A stretch of DNA of 64,000 nucleotides from Patescibacteria group bacterium (GCA_028865725.1 JAGWJP010000001.1:143143-207142), one strand, 5' to 3'. Counted from the stretch's first letter, positions 18,383-30,405 are shown. The notes: a model not told the origin generated them from the sequence alone. Made by a program: numbers and translations.

Positions 18383-18922
18383 TTATACCTGAAGCAGTTT
18401 TTGAAGGACAGCTAGTTCGTTGCGCACGCCATTGATAGCGCGGTGGGGCCTTGGTTCTTTAGGGATATCGAAATACTCGCAGAGTGCATCAAGGCTGAGC
18501 TTGGTGAGACCATGAAACTGGTTCACCCTCGACCACGCAATCGTCAGCAAATCGATTCTGTGGTAATCCATTCTATTTTTTGCCCCTGTTCTTTTGAACG
18601 CCTCATCAATAAACGACCAATCAAATGTGACATTGTGAGCGACAAATAGGGCGTGTTGGGTTTTTGTGGCGTATATGTCCATAACCGATTGAAGGCTTGG
18701 TGCGTTCTGCCAATCAGTTTCATTGTACCCGTTAACTTCAAGGGATTGCGGATTCATAACATCCAATCGGATCGGTTTTATTTTTGCTTCATATTCGTCT
18801 ACAATCTCTAGAGTTTTCTGATCGACCAGTAATAGACCGAGTTCGATGATTTCATGAATGTGTGCATCCAGACCTGTGGTTTCCACATCTGTGATCGCAA
18901 GAGGGCGTTCGAGGATGTTCAT
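18383..18922 (-). CDS. DEDDh 3'-5' exonuclease (DnaQ/DNA polymerase III epsilon-like).
   Basis: Exo I motif ITDVETTGLD, then ...FVAHNVTFDWSFI... and H-x4-D. Start moved to the internal ATG (MNILERP), which is preceded by the strong RBS aggaaggtga. Confidence 0.8.
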   Translation of the reverse strand: MNILERPLAITDVETTGLDAHIHEIIELGLLLVDQKTLEIVDEYEAKIKPIRLDVMNPQSLEVNGYNETDWQNAPSLQSVMDIYATKTQHALFVAHNVTFDWSFIDEAFKRTGAKNRMDYHRIDLLTIAWSRVNQFHGLTKLSLDALCEYFDIPKEPRPHRAINGVRNELAVLQKLLQV

Positions 18923-19138
18923 GGCATTCACCTTCCTATTCATTTATTAACATAACTTATTTTAGCGTAACATTTCTATTTGATCTGTACAGGATTGTCA
19001 TGGAAATTATGTTAAGAGACAGAGAAGTTTTTTCAAATATTCAAGCTTTAAGGGGCAGGGGATGAAGCATTGGTAGCAGTTTTATGTTTGGAAAGATAGA
19101 GGGTTGGAGATAGTTCCTCCGTGTTTGTCGTGTCTGAT

Positions 19139-19738
19139 TTAGTTTACTGATTCCTCCGTTACCGCATAGTTAATGATATCGAGATTACAACTCTTATGTT
19201 CCGAACACCATACTTGGCACTTTTCTGCCATGTTCTTGTCCAGATAAAGTAAACCACACTCATTACATTTATAATAATGTCTTTTGGGTTTAAACAGATA
19301 CTTATCCATACTCCATTCTTCCCAGCTTTTACTGATAAGAAGCGCGGCAAAAACCAGTATATAAATTACCGCAGTGCCAATATCGGTAGAACCGGCTTTA
19401 TATGGCCCACCGAAACCTTCCGCGGTGGACCAAATGATAAAAGAAAGAGTTATTCCTCCGTAACAAGCCAAACGTGTGAATATACCAAAAACAAGGCTTA
19501 ACGCGAGAGCCGTTTCCGCGAGAGCTACAAATACGGCAAAAAAATGAGGATTTATACCAATGATACTAATCCATAAATGAACCCATTTTTGTACGAGTAC
19601 CGATTGTTCTTCTGCTCCACTAGCTAAGTAATCTATGAAGTTTCTAAAGAAGTCAGGTTGCCACTTAAAGAAACTATCAATAGCCCAAATAAATCCGAAA
19701 ACGATACGAAGAATAGCAAATTTTTTTGTTGATTCCAT
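19139..19738 (-). CDS. DoxX-family membrane protein with a C-terminal Cys-rich (zinc-ribbon-like) tail.
   Basis: The N-terminus LRIVFGFIWAIDSFFKW is DoxX-like with 4 TM segments. The C-terminal tail is KCNECGLLYLDKNMAEKCQVWCSEHKSC. Confidence 0.6.
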   Translation of the reverse strand: MESTKKFAILRIVFGFIWAIDSFFKWQPDFFRNFIDYLASGAEEQSVLVQKWVHLWISIIGINPHFFAVFVALAETALALSLVFGIFTRLACYGGITLSFIIWSTAEGFGGPYKAGSTDIGTAVIYILVFAALLISKSWEEWSMDKYLFKPKRHYYKCNECGLLYLDKNMAEKCQVWCSEHKSCNLDIINYAVTEESVN

Positions 19739-19879
19739 ACATTAATTATAAAGCAATTTATTTCATCTAGCCACTTCTGTCGTTCAGCGAAAATTTGTAA
19801 ATAATTTACTCCATAGCGTGTTTCGCCATCGGGAAAAGAAAAAGCCATCATTATTGCAAGATGGCCCCTACTTGTTGTA

Positions 19880-20230
19880 TCAATCGAATTGCGTATCTGT
19901 TCCGTAACACCAACGGAACAATAGGGTTTCGGTGAGTTTCTCTACTATCTGTTTCTTGATATCGTTAGGATTTTTGATGGTTCTTTCTACCACGACATAA
20001 AAAAGGCGATAAGGAACATCATCTTCTTTTTCACTTTTCTTTGGCATATCCTTCATAGTCGTAGGCACAACCGCCGCTGCTCCCATATCAAACACTTTTA
20101 GCGGCAAACTCTCCAAAGCTGGTTTGACAAGCGTTGTGTCAGAATCTGTGAGCACGATGCTCATAAAGTGTTTCTTAAAGAGATGCATTTTCAACCAATA
20201 CGGCATAAGCTTTTCAAGCATACAAAACAC
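19880..20230 (-). CDS. Hypothetical protein (116 aa).
   Basis: ORF only; no recognisable motif. Confidence 0.35.
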   Translation of the reverse strand: MFCMLEKLMPYWLKMHLFKKHFMSIVLTDSDTTLVKPALESLPLKVFDMGAAAVVPTTMKDMPKKSEKEDDVPYRLFYVVVERTIKNPNDIKKQIVEKLTETLLFRWCYGTDTQFD

Positions 20231-20315
20231 CTCTTTTCAATGAACATGAAACAACAATAGCACTTTGTGTTCTGATTTGCAATGAGTTTAAGTTTTTCGC
20301 TTCCATGAATTGTTT

Positions 20316-20352
20316 AAAAAATAAAAACCCCCACTTATACAGCGGGGGCTTT
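20316..20352 (-). terminator. Intrinsic terminator for 20357..21007 (minus).
   Basis: The minus-strand reading is CCCCCGCtgtataaGTGGGGGtttttatttttt. Confidence 0.55.
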
Positions 20353-20356
20353 TCTA

Positions 20357-21007
20357 TCATGAATGCGTGATAGATTTTTTTATTTTATAACTTATGAGCG
20401 GTAGGACCACTGATATCTGGAATAGTCCAATCGCAATCGGTAAAAAGCTGGAATCGAATGTCCACTGTTGGATCGCAAGAGAACTGAATATTGTTCCCAT
20501 GACCATCAGGAGCCACCCGCTTATTGTTTCAGTCCATGGTTCTTTCCACGCCTTTAGGGTTGTGGGGATTCCACCAACACATGATGCACTCACACTTGCA
20601 ATCAATCCAAGGCGCGGGGAACCTGTTGTTGCCCAAAGAAGGATACCTAATCCGCTTAAGACAAGACATATTTTCTCTAATCCAGTGATGGGTGCGTAAT
20701 TTCCTTTTTTGAATGAAAGAACTACCACAATTCCTGTACCCAGTGTCCAGACCGATGGCATTACTGTCGCAGGACCGATGCCACCACAGAGTGCGCTTGT
20801 AAACATCAGCCCGTCTTGAATAAACCAAATTATCCACGACATTCTATTCGGAATAACAGTCCCTTTCACGGTTCCTACGATAAAGGGGATATACGCAATG
20901 CTAATTGTCAAAGCCGAGAGCACCACAAAAAGTCGTTCCACGGTTTTTACCTCCTCCAGGGGTAAGCTTCTAGCTGTTGTTATAGCACATAAACACACTC
21001 TAGTCAA
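20357..21007 (-). CDS. Hypothetical polytopic membrane protein.
   Basis: Multiple hydrophobic helices. The start codon is uncertain. Confidence 0.45.
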   Translation of the reverse strand: MTRVCLCAITTARSLPLEEVKTVERLFVVLSALTISIAYIPFIVGTVKGTVIPNRMSWIIWFIQDGLMFTSALCGGIGPATVMPSVWTLGTGIVVVLSFKKGNYAPITGLEKICLVLSGLGILLWATTGSPRLGLIASVSASCVGGIPTTLKAWKEPWTETISGWLLMVMGTIFSSLAIQQWTFDSSFLPIAIGLFQISVVLPLISYKIKKSITHS

Positions 21008-21103
21008 TTTTTTAATGAGCTCCCTTTTCTCATCCTCATCACCAAAAACATCCTGTCCAAATCAGGGTATTTTCTTTGGTTTACACTGAGCTTGCCGAAG
21101 TGT

Positions 21104-21181
21104 TGCGGAGGTGGGAGTCGAACCCACTATTCCCAGGTTATGAGCCTGATGTGATATAAAATATCCGTTTCACTCCCCCGC
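21104..21181 (-). tRNA. tRNA-like gene with CAT anticodon and an aberrant 25-nt D region. It may be a noncanonical tRNA or a pseudogene.
   Basis: On the minus strand: acceptor gcggggg/cctccgc (with a G5-U68 wobble); anticodon arm tcagg-cuCAUaa-cctgg; T-arm gtggg-ttcgact-cccac; discriminator A. The 25 nt between the acceptor and the anticodon stem do not fold into a standard D-arm. Confidence 0.4.
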
Positions 21182-21241
21182 GATGAGATTTTTTCTAGTA
21201 TAGCTGATTGTAGGGAAAATTCAAGGAGGGGATATAAATGC

Positions 21242-21276
21242 TTGACATTCACACATAAATCTGGTATATATAGTTA
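21242..21276 (+). promoter_or_regulatory. Sigma70-like promoter: TTGACA, 17-nt spacer, TATATA.
   Basis: ttgaca at 21242-21247 and tatata 17 nt downstream. RBS aaggaggg lies 8 nt before ATG 21307. Confidence 0.5.
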
Positions 21277-21306
21277 GCTCTATCATGGAAAAGGAGGGTG
21301 CTGTTT

Positions 21307-21984
21307 ATGCAGTCGATAAGGGAAAAACTTTTGGAAGGAAAGGATCGTTTGTGGAAATCTCGGTTGGAGTATCAGATTCGTGAGACTCTTGTTTTTCCTG
21401 AAGTGGAAAGGTGCGCGGCTTTGGTTGCGGCTTTCTGGAACGAGGGAATCATGAGTCGGATCGCGCCGACGCACATCTTCGAGCGTCAGGCACGTGAAAG
21501 GACTCAAAGACTCTTGTGGCCGGGCACTCGGGAGGACATCGAATTGTATTGGAGGATTCTCTATGCACTCGGGTTTTCAATTGAAGCGATTAAAAAAAAT
21601 TTTTCTCTTATCGCATCGAACGAAAGTTTTGTGGCCGGAGTATTTCAGAACATTGAGCTTGTTTTTAGTCCTGAAGTAAAAGCACTTTTTCCTCATCATC
21701 GCAATAATCCTTATATCGGGATCTGCGAAGCGCTGATGGATTATGCTCGTGAAGAGATTACAAAGCGAGGCGCTGTGCCTCATAATCCTTTGATTCCATG
21801 GGAATCCGTCGGTACCTGGGAGGGCATGGAACTCACAGTGGATCGTTATACCCAAGATGGTTTGATTTCTTTTAGGGCAAGGAATTTTCAGGATCACAGG
21901 CGCCTTTCTGATCTTATGGGTGCAAATTTCTCGGGAATTTCTCCGAGTTGCGTGAATCCGCAAGATTTTAAAGTGACGAATTAA
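21307..21984 (+). CDS. Hypothetical protein (225 aa).
   Basis: Start chosen at MQSIREK, which has a strong RBS. A strong terminator follows. Confidence 0.55.
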   Translation: MQSIREKLLEGKDRLWKSRLEYQIRETLVFPEVERCAALVAAFWNEGIMSRIAPTHIFERQARERTQRLLWPGTREDIELYWRILYALGFSIEAIKKNFSLIASNESFVAGVFQNIELVFSPEVKALFPHHRNNPYIGICEALMDYAREEITKRGAVPHNPLIPWESVGTWEGMELTVDRYTQDGLISFRARNFQDHRRLSDLMGANFSGISPSCVNPQDFKVTN

Positions 21985-21991
21985 AAAATGG

Positions 21992-22015
21992 GCCGCAGCA
22001 GTGCGGCTTTTTTAT
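21992..22015 (+). terminator. Intrinsic terminator.
   Basis: GCCGCAgcagTGCGGCtttttt. Confidence 0.65.
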
Positions 22016-22086
22016 CGAATTACGAATAATAAGGCACTGTCCGAATGGGTAGCGGTTTTCTTTCGTACACTGGCGATTGAATTGAG

Positions 22087-22164
22087 TGGCGCGGACGATG
22101 GGATTTGAACCCACGGCCTCCTCAGTGACAGTGAGGCGTTCTAACCGGGCTGAACTACGTCCGC
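22087..22164 (-). tRNA. tRNA-Asp (GTC) with encoded CCA.
   Basis: On the minus strand: gcggacg-ta-gttc..gaac; anticodon loop cuGUCac; T-arm gtggg-ttcaaat-cccat; acceptor cgtccgc; discriminator G; CCA. Confidence 0.9.
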
Positions 22165-22278
22165 ATAAGTATTGTTCCTATCATAGCGATTTTTATAAAT
22201 AAATCAATGTATGATTTGTGCGGAGCATTGATATAGACCGCAGTATCAGGTATTCTGAAAATATGTTTTTCTCTTTAT

Positions 22279-23298
22279 ATGATTATGACGATCAATGAAA
22301 TTGAACATTCCGTATTTGCGGAAATTCATAACACCCATACCGCAAAGGAGCTTGAGGAAGTGCGCGCCCGCTATCTTGGTCGGAAGGGTACTCTTACTTC
22401 CGTGTTGCGAGGTCTTGCAGAATTGAGCTTGGAGGATCGGCGCGAGATCGGCCCCCGCGCACAGGCTCTGCGTGATCGTATTGAAGAAGCATGTGAGGAT
22501 CGACTTCAGGATTTTGAGGCCACATCGGAAACATTTTTTGATGTTTCGTTTCCTGGAAAGAAAATTACTGTCGGACATCATAACCCACTTTCATTACTTA
22601 TCCAGGATACAGAGGATATTTTTCTTTCGCTGGGATTTTCTGTGGTGGATGGACCGGAGGTGGAAACTGAGTTTAATAATTTCGATGCGCTTAATATCCC
22701 CGCCAATCATCCTGCGCGCGAAATGTGGGATACCTTTTGGCTGAAGCGTGCTCACAATACCGAGCCTCGTAAACTTCTCCGTACGCATACGAGCCCCGTG
22801 CAGATTCGCTATATGCAGACGCACGAGCCACCTTTTCGTATTATTGTGCCCGGTACGACGTATCGCTATGAAGCAACTGACGCGCGCCATGAAATGCAGT
22901 TTTCTCAGATAGAGGGGCTTGCGGTCGGGGAAACGGTGACGCTTGCGAATTTCAAATCGATCATCACCGCGTTTTTTAGTAGGCTTTTTGCGCAAAAGGT
23001 GGAGATTCGATTGCGCCCTAGTTACTTTCCGTTTGTGGAGCCAGGGGTAGAAGTAGACGCAACGTGTCCCCGATGTCACAAGAGGGGTTGTGAACTTTGC
23101 ACATTTACCGGTTGGCTGGAGCTTGGAGGGGCAGGCATGGTGCATCCTCACGTATTCGATGCGGTGGGGTATAATCCGAACACGATTCAAGGGTTTGCAT
23201 TTGGCGTAGGCGCAGAACGTCTCGCGATGATTAAATACGGTATTCCCGATATCCGTTTATTTCGCTCGAGTGATTTGCGATTTATTCAGCAATTTTAA
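22279..23298 (+). CDS. pheS: Phenylalanine--tRNA ligase alpha subunit.
   Basis: Class II aaRS core with FRIIVPGTTYRYEATDARHEMQFSQIEGLAVGE. Confidence 0.9.
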   Translation: MIMTINEIEHSVFAEIHNTHTAKELEEVRARYLGRKGTLTSVLRGLAELSLEDRREIGPRAQALRDRIEEACEDRLQDFEATSETFFDVSFPGKKITVGHHNPLSLLIQDTEDIFLSLGFSVVDGPEVETEFNNFDALNIPANHPAREMWDTFWLKRAHNTEPRKLLRTHTSPVQIRYMQTHEPPFRIIVPGTTYRYEATDARHEMQFSQIEGLAVGETVTLANFKSIITAFFSRLFAQKVEIRLRPSYFPFVEPGVEVDATCPRCHKRGCELCTFTGWLELGGAGMVHPHVFDAVGYNPNTIQGFAFGVGAERLAMIKYGIPDIRLFRSSDLRFIQQF

Positions 23299-23301
23299 CT
23301 T

Positions 23302-25329
23302 ATGAAGTTTAGCATCGAATGGCTTAAAGATTATGTGGCGATCAACGATACTCCTGAAGCGTTGGCGGAACGTATCACGTTACATAGTTTCGAAGTAGAA
23401 GGACTTGAGAAACACGACCATGATATTCTGATGGATGTTTCATTTCTTCCCAACCGTTTTCCTGATGCAGCAAACTATTATGGTTTTGCACGCGAAGTAA
23501 GTGCGGTGACTGGCGTTCCGTTGATAGGGCCGCACAGTCTTTCTCAACAAAACCCATTTTCTAAAAAGAAGTGGAAACAGACATGGCCACTTGAGGTGCA
23601 AAATGCAGACGATTGTCCGCGTTACTCAGGGCTTCTTATGAAAGGTGTGCGTGTGGAAGGCTCGCCTACGTGGCTTCGCGAACGGCTAGAAATAAATGGC
23701 CTTCGTTCTATCAATACCGTGGTGGATATAACAAATTATGTGATGTTAGAGCTCGGTCAACCTCTTCATGCGTTTGATGCAGCGAAGGTAGATAATGGCA
23801 TTGTAGTGCGTCGCGCACGAGGAAGGGAGCATATGACAACACTTGATGGAAAGGATGTTGATTTGTCTCCTGAAGATCTTGTGATCGCTGATCAATCAAA
23901 CGTGCTCGCGCTTGCAGGAATAAAGGGCGGAAAGGCGGCGGAGATTATTTCTTCTACCACTTCAATACTTCTTGAGGCGGCGAATTTTAATGCGGATTTT
24001 GTGCTTCGCACTGCGCGGAGAGTTGGGATCACCACTGATGCGTCCTATCGATTTAAGTACGGTCTCGACCCCAACCTTACCGAAGTGGCGCTTGCGCGCG
24101 CTGCGGAGCTGGTAAAAAAGATTTGCGGTGGCTCTATAGAAACATTTGCGGACGCATATCCCCATAAGGTACTTCCCCGTGTAATTGCGTTTGATCCCCG
24201 GCGTTATGAGGCGCTGATCGGCGAACCGGTAAGCCTTTCTTCCGCGCGATCGCTTTTTAAACGTTTAGGATGGGGAGTAGTAAAAGCAGTGAAAGGACTT
24301 GTGTGGGTAGAAGTGCCCACCTTTCGGAGAGACGTCGAACGATTTGAGGACGTAGTGGAAGAGGTTGCGCGGTTGCGAGGGTATGAAGAATTAGGAAGCA
24401 TCCCTCCCGTTACCGTGCTTCTTCATGCGGCTCAAGACGAATCTATTGCGTTTTCTCGCTCTGTGAAAAAACGCATGCTTACGTTTGGATTTGACGAATT
24501 GTATAGCTATTCGTTTATTCCGGAGAGCTGGAATGTGGTGTGTGACGAGAAGACACTCGTGCAGCTTGAGAACCCTGTAAGTACCGAGTATTTCTATTTA
24601 CGTCCTCTTCTTTTGCTTTCCCTATTTCGTGCACTTGAAAGTAATGCAAAGTTTTTTTCCTCACTTCGTTTTTATGAAATAGGAAAAGCGTTTACGCATG
24701 ACGAAGAAGCGGGAATTGTAGAACGCGCAAAATTGGCAGGCATGGTTATGAGCGAAGAAAAAGGGGGTGCGTCGTTTTATGAACTTAAAGGGGTGCTTGA
24801 TGCGTTATTTCAAGGATATGGTATTGCAGATGTGGAATACTGTCCCTCAGATGCATGGAAAGGAGTGTTTGCACAGGGTCAGGTTGCGGAACTCATGGTG
24901 GATGGGACGTCGATTGGGTTTCTGGGTATGATCGATTCGAAGTGGCTTTCACGGTTTGGCGTAGCGCGCCCCGTGGCCGCATTTGAACTTGATCTTGAAC
25001 TTCTTTGTTCTGCCGCGAATGAGGAACGTGAATTTGTGCCGCTTCCGAAATATCCGGCGGTGATACGCGATGTTTCGTTTCTCATTGATACTACAGTACG
25101 AATTGACGATATGCGTCGTGTGATTAATGATGCAGGCAGCAAAATGCTTCAGGATGTCGATCTTTTTGATATGTTCGAAGATGAAAAGCTTGGAACTGGA
25201 AAAAAGAGTATATCATTTCATCTTACGTTTCGTTCCGATGGACGTACCTTGACGAGTGAGGAGGTCGGTCATGATATGGAAACGATCATTGCCGCGCTTC
25301 AGAAACAATTTGCAATCGAAGTGAGATAA
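23302..25329 (+). CDS. pheT: Phenylalanine--tRNA ligase beta subunit, short form (675 aa).
   Basis: Lies immediately after pheS. It has B3/B4 and B5-like regions and a C-terminal anticodon-binding-like region. Confidence 0.85.
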   Translation: MKFSIEWLKDYVAINDTPEALAERITLHSFEVEGLEKHDHDILMDVSFLPNRFPDAANYYGFAREVSAVTGVPLIGPHSLSQQNPFSKKKWKQTWPLEVQNADDCPRYSGLLMKGVRVEGSPTWLRERLEINGLRSINTVVDITNYVMLELGQPLHAFDAAKVDNGIVVRRARGREHMTTLDGKDVDLSPEDLVIADQSNVLALAGIKGGKAAEIISSTTSILLEAANFNADFVLRTARRVGITTDASYRFKYGLDPNLTEVALARAAELVKKICGGSIETFADAYPHKVLPRVIAFDPRRYEALIGEPVSLSSARSLFKRLGWGVVKAVKGLVWVEVPTFRRDVERFEDVVEEVARLRGYEELGSIPPVTVLLHAAQDESIAFSRSVKKRMLTFGFDELYSYSFIPESWNVVCDEKTLVQLENPVSTEYFYLRPLLLLSLFRALESNAKFFSSLRFYEIGKAFTHDEEAGIVERAKLAGMVMSEEKGGASFYELKGVLDALFQGYGIADVEYCPSDAWKGVFAQGQVAELMVDGTSIGFLGMIDSKWLSRFGVARPVAAFELDLELLCSAANEEREFVPLPKYPAVIRDVSFLIDTTVRIDDMRRVINDAGSKMLQDVDLFDMFEDEKLGTGKKSISFHLTFRSDGRTLTSEEVGHDMETIIAALQKQFAIEVR

Positions 25330-25413
25330 ACTGATTCTACTACTTGCGAAAAGAACACCGCTATGCTAGTATAAGTTAGTTCGTTGAAAGCTCCTGGGAC
25401 TTAGGAGGTTGCT

Positions 25414-25677
25414 ATGGAACACAAGATCGGCGTGTTTCTTACGAATCTCTTGAAGAGTGTGGAGAATCAAGAACAAGAAATTAATGTCATTGTAAGAATA
25501 AGCTCCACTGCTGATGTCCAAAGGGTGCTTTCAGAGCTTGCCAAGGTTGGATTTAGGAAACATTCAAGTGGATCTTTAATTATCACAGGATCAATTGCAG
25601 CGCAGAATATTAAGGCTCTCGCGGCGCTTTCTTTTGTTTTGAGCGTAGAGGCTCCTCGTCGATTATTTACGTGTTAA
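25414..25677 (+). CDS. Hypothetical protein (87 aa).
   Basis: Strong RBS taggaggt. A terminator hairpin follows. Confidence 0.45.
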   Translation: MEHKIGVFLTNLLKSVENQEQEINVIVRISSTADVQRVLSELAKVGFRKHSSGSLIITGSIAAQNIKALAALSFVLSVEAPRRLFTC

Positions 25678-25685
25678 TTTTTCGC

Positions 25686-25711
25686 GATCTCACATTAGTG
25701 AGGTCTTTTTT
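25686..25711 (+). terminator. Intrinsic terminator.
   Basis: GATCTCACattaGTGAGGTCtttttt. Confidence 0.45.
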
Positions 25712-25866
25712 ATATTGAATTAAGAGGTTTTATTTTTTGCACCACTTCTTTAAAATCAATCATCTTTTTCTAACCCACTCAACTAAGTACAATAATAACA
25801 AATATTGTCAAGTCATCCAGTTGCGTTTGCGGTGGTGTTTCGTTATAATGAAAGGCATCATTATAG

Positions 25867-27888
<2,022 letters not shown>

Positions 27889-28231
27889 AACTCACGCATG
27901 TGGCAAATTTTGGTGTCGAGAGTTCCGGTGCGCGTTCACTGTATTTTTAATACAGCTCACTTTGCTTCTCACTCTCTCCTAAAAATTTGCCCATCTTCGT
28001 GGGTTTTATACCCCGTTTCTCGTGTGCGTCTCACATCGTATTCAAACATAAATGTTTTTTGTTTCTTGTTTAATTTCGATATAACGTTGGAGTCCTCGCT
28101 TCGATACTCGGTTTTTCCTTGAATTGTATCCAAACGCATCTTTTTTACCTGAAAACGTTGCTCACGCGTATGAGTTTTTGTGTCCGAATCGCGAATATAA
28201 AAAACCGGCGGTGTTTCCGTCGGATGTTTTT

Positions 28232-28531
28232 TTATTCTTCAGAAAATGATGCGGCACGGAGTGCGCGCAGCTTCACTTCGGTATGTGCGACTAGCCAACT
28301 GACAACCCATGGACGCGTGTTGAGCGCAGGGAGCGCGCTGTTATCACCCGTGCTCCACCGTTCGATAGTAGAGGAATCAAAACAAAATTCATCTATCGCA
28401 TCCTTTAAGGTTATAATTTTCAATTCAATAGCCGTTGCAAACGCTTCTTTAAAAAATCCGTCATCATTTTCATTTCCATTTTGAAGCGTATGAAGATACC
28501 GCTCCAGGTCTCTTGGTTTTGGATTTGTCAT
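28232..28531 (-). CDS. Hypothetical protein (99 aa).
   Basis: Strong RBS aggaggagg 6 nt upstream. Confidence 0.5.
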   Translation of the reverse strand: MTNPKPRDLERYLHTLQNGNENDDGFFKEAFATAIELKIITLKDAIDEFCFDSSTIERWSTGDNSALPALNTRPWVVSWLVAHTEVKLRALRAASFSEE

Positions 28532-28548
28532 AAGCGCCTCCTCCTTTT

Positions 28549-29013
28549 TTATCTTGTACGTTCAGATTGTTTACGGCGCGCACACGCGGCAAGCCATTTC
28601 AATACCGCTGTTCTTAATGAAGGGTGAGGAATAGCAGTTCCGGTGCCCCAACGCCAAATTGTCATTTTGCTATACCCAAAACGGCGCGCGAGGCTTGTAC
28701 GATTTGTAATATTGAGCTCGAATGCTCTTAGGATTGCCTGCTTAAAATTTTCGCTCTCAGAAACATCCAGTGTAGTGACGCGGGCAATATATTACTTGAT
28801 TTTTTCGTCGTGGTCGGCGGGAACTCTTTTTTCCTCTTTCCGTACGAGAGGGGCGAGTGCATTAAGGAGTAATCGCTGTGCTGCCGCATATGTTATCAAT
28901 TCATCTCGGGTAAGTTTCGTGAGGTCTTCATCCATCGTAATATCCCCCATAGTTGTATAAAGATCCGAACTTATTATACACATATTGACATTTTTATCAA
29001 GCGGATGTACCAT
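28549..29013 (-). pseudogene. HTH-containing gene interrupted by a single in-frame TAA. The upstream segment is 73 aa. The downstream 80-codon segment carries a resolvase/AlpA/IS3-OrfA-like HTH.
   Basis: ORF 28792..29013 (minus) ends in TAA. The same frame continues as YIARVTTLDVSESENFKQAILRAFELNITNRTSLARRFGYSKMTIWRW...RKQSERTR. Before the TAA there is no ATG, GTG or TTG start. The only in-frame ATG would give a 38-aa product. Confidence 0.35.
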
Positions 29014-29068
29014 GTGAGTAAGAAATAAGGAGCCCCGGAAGGGCTTTTAAAAATGATTTTTTTATATT

Positions 29069-29266
29069 ATGACGAAATTGTTTGGCAATATCATACCGTA
29101 TACGAAGGAAGTCTATTTTGAGCTTAAAAAGGTTAACTGGCTTTCCCAAAAACAGTTAATACAGTACACGATTGCGGTGATCGGGCTATCGTTATTTGTT
29201 GCATTGTTTCTTGGCCTACTCGATGCGGGGTTTGTCTACGCAATCACTAACTATTTTGTTAAATAA
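29069..29266 (+). CDS. secE: Preprotein translocase subunit SecE.
   Basis: 65 aa with a single C-terminal TM. The order secE-nusG-rplK is conserved. Confidence 0.75.
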   Translation: MTKLFGNIIPYTKEVYFELKKVNWLSQKQLIQYTIAVIGLSLFVALFLGLLDAGFVYAITNYFVK

Positions 29267-29306
29267 TTAAATTAATTTCTCAAGGATAGATTCTCACTAT
29301 TATATT

Positions 29307-29858
29307 ATGGCACAACAAGAGGCAAAATCAGGAGAACGGAGTTGGTATGCGGTCCATACCTATTCGGGATATGAAGACGCAGTGGTGCGCTATCTTACGC
29401 AGCGCATCGAGTCTTTTGATATGCAGAACAAAATTTTCAACGTACTTGTGCCCAAGGAACGCAAGGTGAAAATCAAGAATGGCAAACGCAAGGTCACAGA
29501 AGAAAAGATTTATCCCGGCTATGTGTTAGTAGACATGATTATGGATGAAGGCACGTGGTATGTGGTGCGCAATACTCCGCGCGTCACAGGATTCGTAGGC
29601 GCTGATTCTACCGAACCTACCCCGCTTTCAAATGAGGAAATCCATATGTTTATGGAAAAGATGGGAGTGGAAGAGCCTAAGTTTAATCTTGATGTCGAGG
29701 TGGGCGATATGGTAAAGATTAGCGATGGGCCGTTTAAAGATTATGAGGGAAAGGTGAGCGAGATTGATGAGGAGCGTGGCAAGATCAAGGTGCTTGTTTC
29801 GATGTTTGGGCGCGAGACTCCTATCGAGCTTGATTTTCTCCAGATTAAAAAGGTATAA
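29307..29858 (+). CDS. nusG: Transcription termination/antitermination factor NusG.
   Basis: NGN domain SWYAVHTYSGYE and KOW domain VGDMVKISDGPFKDYEGKV. Confidence 0.9.
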   Translation: MAQQEAKSGERSWYAVHTYSGYEDAVVRYLTQRIESFDMQNKIFNVLVPKERKVKIKNGKRKVTEEKIYPGYVLVDMIMDEGTWYVVRNTPRVTGFVGADSTEPTPLSNEEIHMFMEKMGVEEPKFNLDVEVGDMVKISDGPFKDYEGKVSEIDEERGKIKVLVSMFGRETPIELDFLQIKKV

Positions 29859-29925
29859 GATAACGTATATAGAATCCAGAGAGCGCAAATGGTTTCGTAT
29901 TTCATTTTTTTAGATTCTCAACATT

Positions 29926-30351
29926 ATGGCAAAAAAGATTAAGGTAATGTTAAAACTTCAAATTCCTGCAGGAGCTGCTACTCCTGCGCCTCCAGTTGGT
30001 CCTGCACTTGGCCAGCATGGTGTAAATATCGGAGAGTTTGTAAAACGATTTAATGATGAAACGCGTGAAAAATCCGGCGATATTATTCCTGTAGAGATTA
30101 CTGTGTATGAGGACAGGTCTTTTGAGCTTAAGTATAAAACGCCACCCGCCTCTGATATGTTGCGCAAAGCTGCTGGAGTAGAGAAGGGTTCAGGGACTGC
30201 GGGGAGGAAAAAAGCAGGGACGGTGACGCGTGCCGATTTGGTGCGTATTGCAGAAAAAAAGATGGAAGATCTCAACACGAACGATGTCGATCAGGCAGTC
30301 AAAATTATTGCGGGAACTGCGCGTTCCATGGGCATTGAGGTTACCGACTAA
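29926..30351 (+). CDS. rplK: 50S ribosomal protein L11.
   Basis: [38 protein letters not shown]. Confidence 0.95.
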   Translation: MAKKIKVMLKLQIPAGAATPAPPVGPALGQHGVNIGEFVKRFNDETREKSGDIIPVEITVYEDRSFELKYKTPPASDMLRKAAGVEKGSGTAGRKKAGTVTRADLVRIAEKKMEDLNTNDVDQAVKIIAGTARSMGIEVTD

Positions 30352-30381
30352 GATTATTTTTTTGATTCTTGAAGAAAAACC

Positions 30382-30405
30382 CTTACGTTTTGTAAGAGTT
30401 TTTTA
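30382..30405 (+). terminator. Intrinsic terminator after rplK.
   Basis: CTTACgttttGTAAGagtttttt. Confidence 0.6.

Noticed and set aside
18923-18943. Upstream ATG (MNRKVNA) of the exonuclease ORF.
   Set aside because: It has no RBS. The second ATG is preceded by aggaaggtga at ideal spacing.
28643-28960. Plus-strand ORF of 105 aa. The similar ORFs 27898..28122 and 28119..28484 are in the same class.
   Set aside because: They overlap better-supported minus-strand genes or pseudogene frames, lack an RBS and have biased low-complexity composition.
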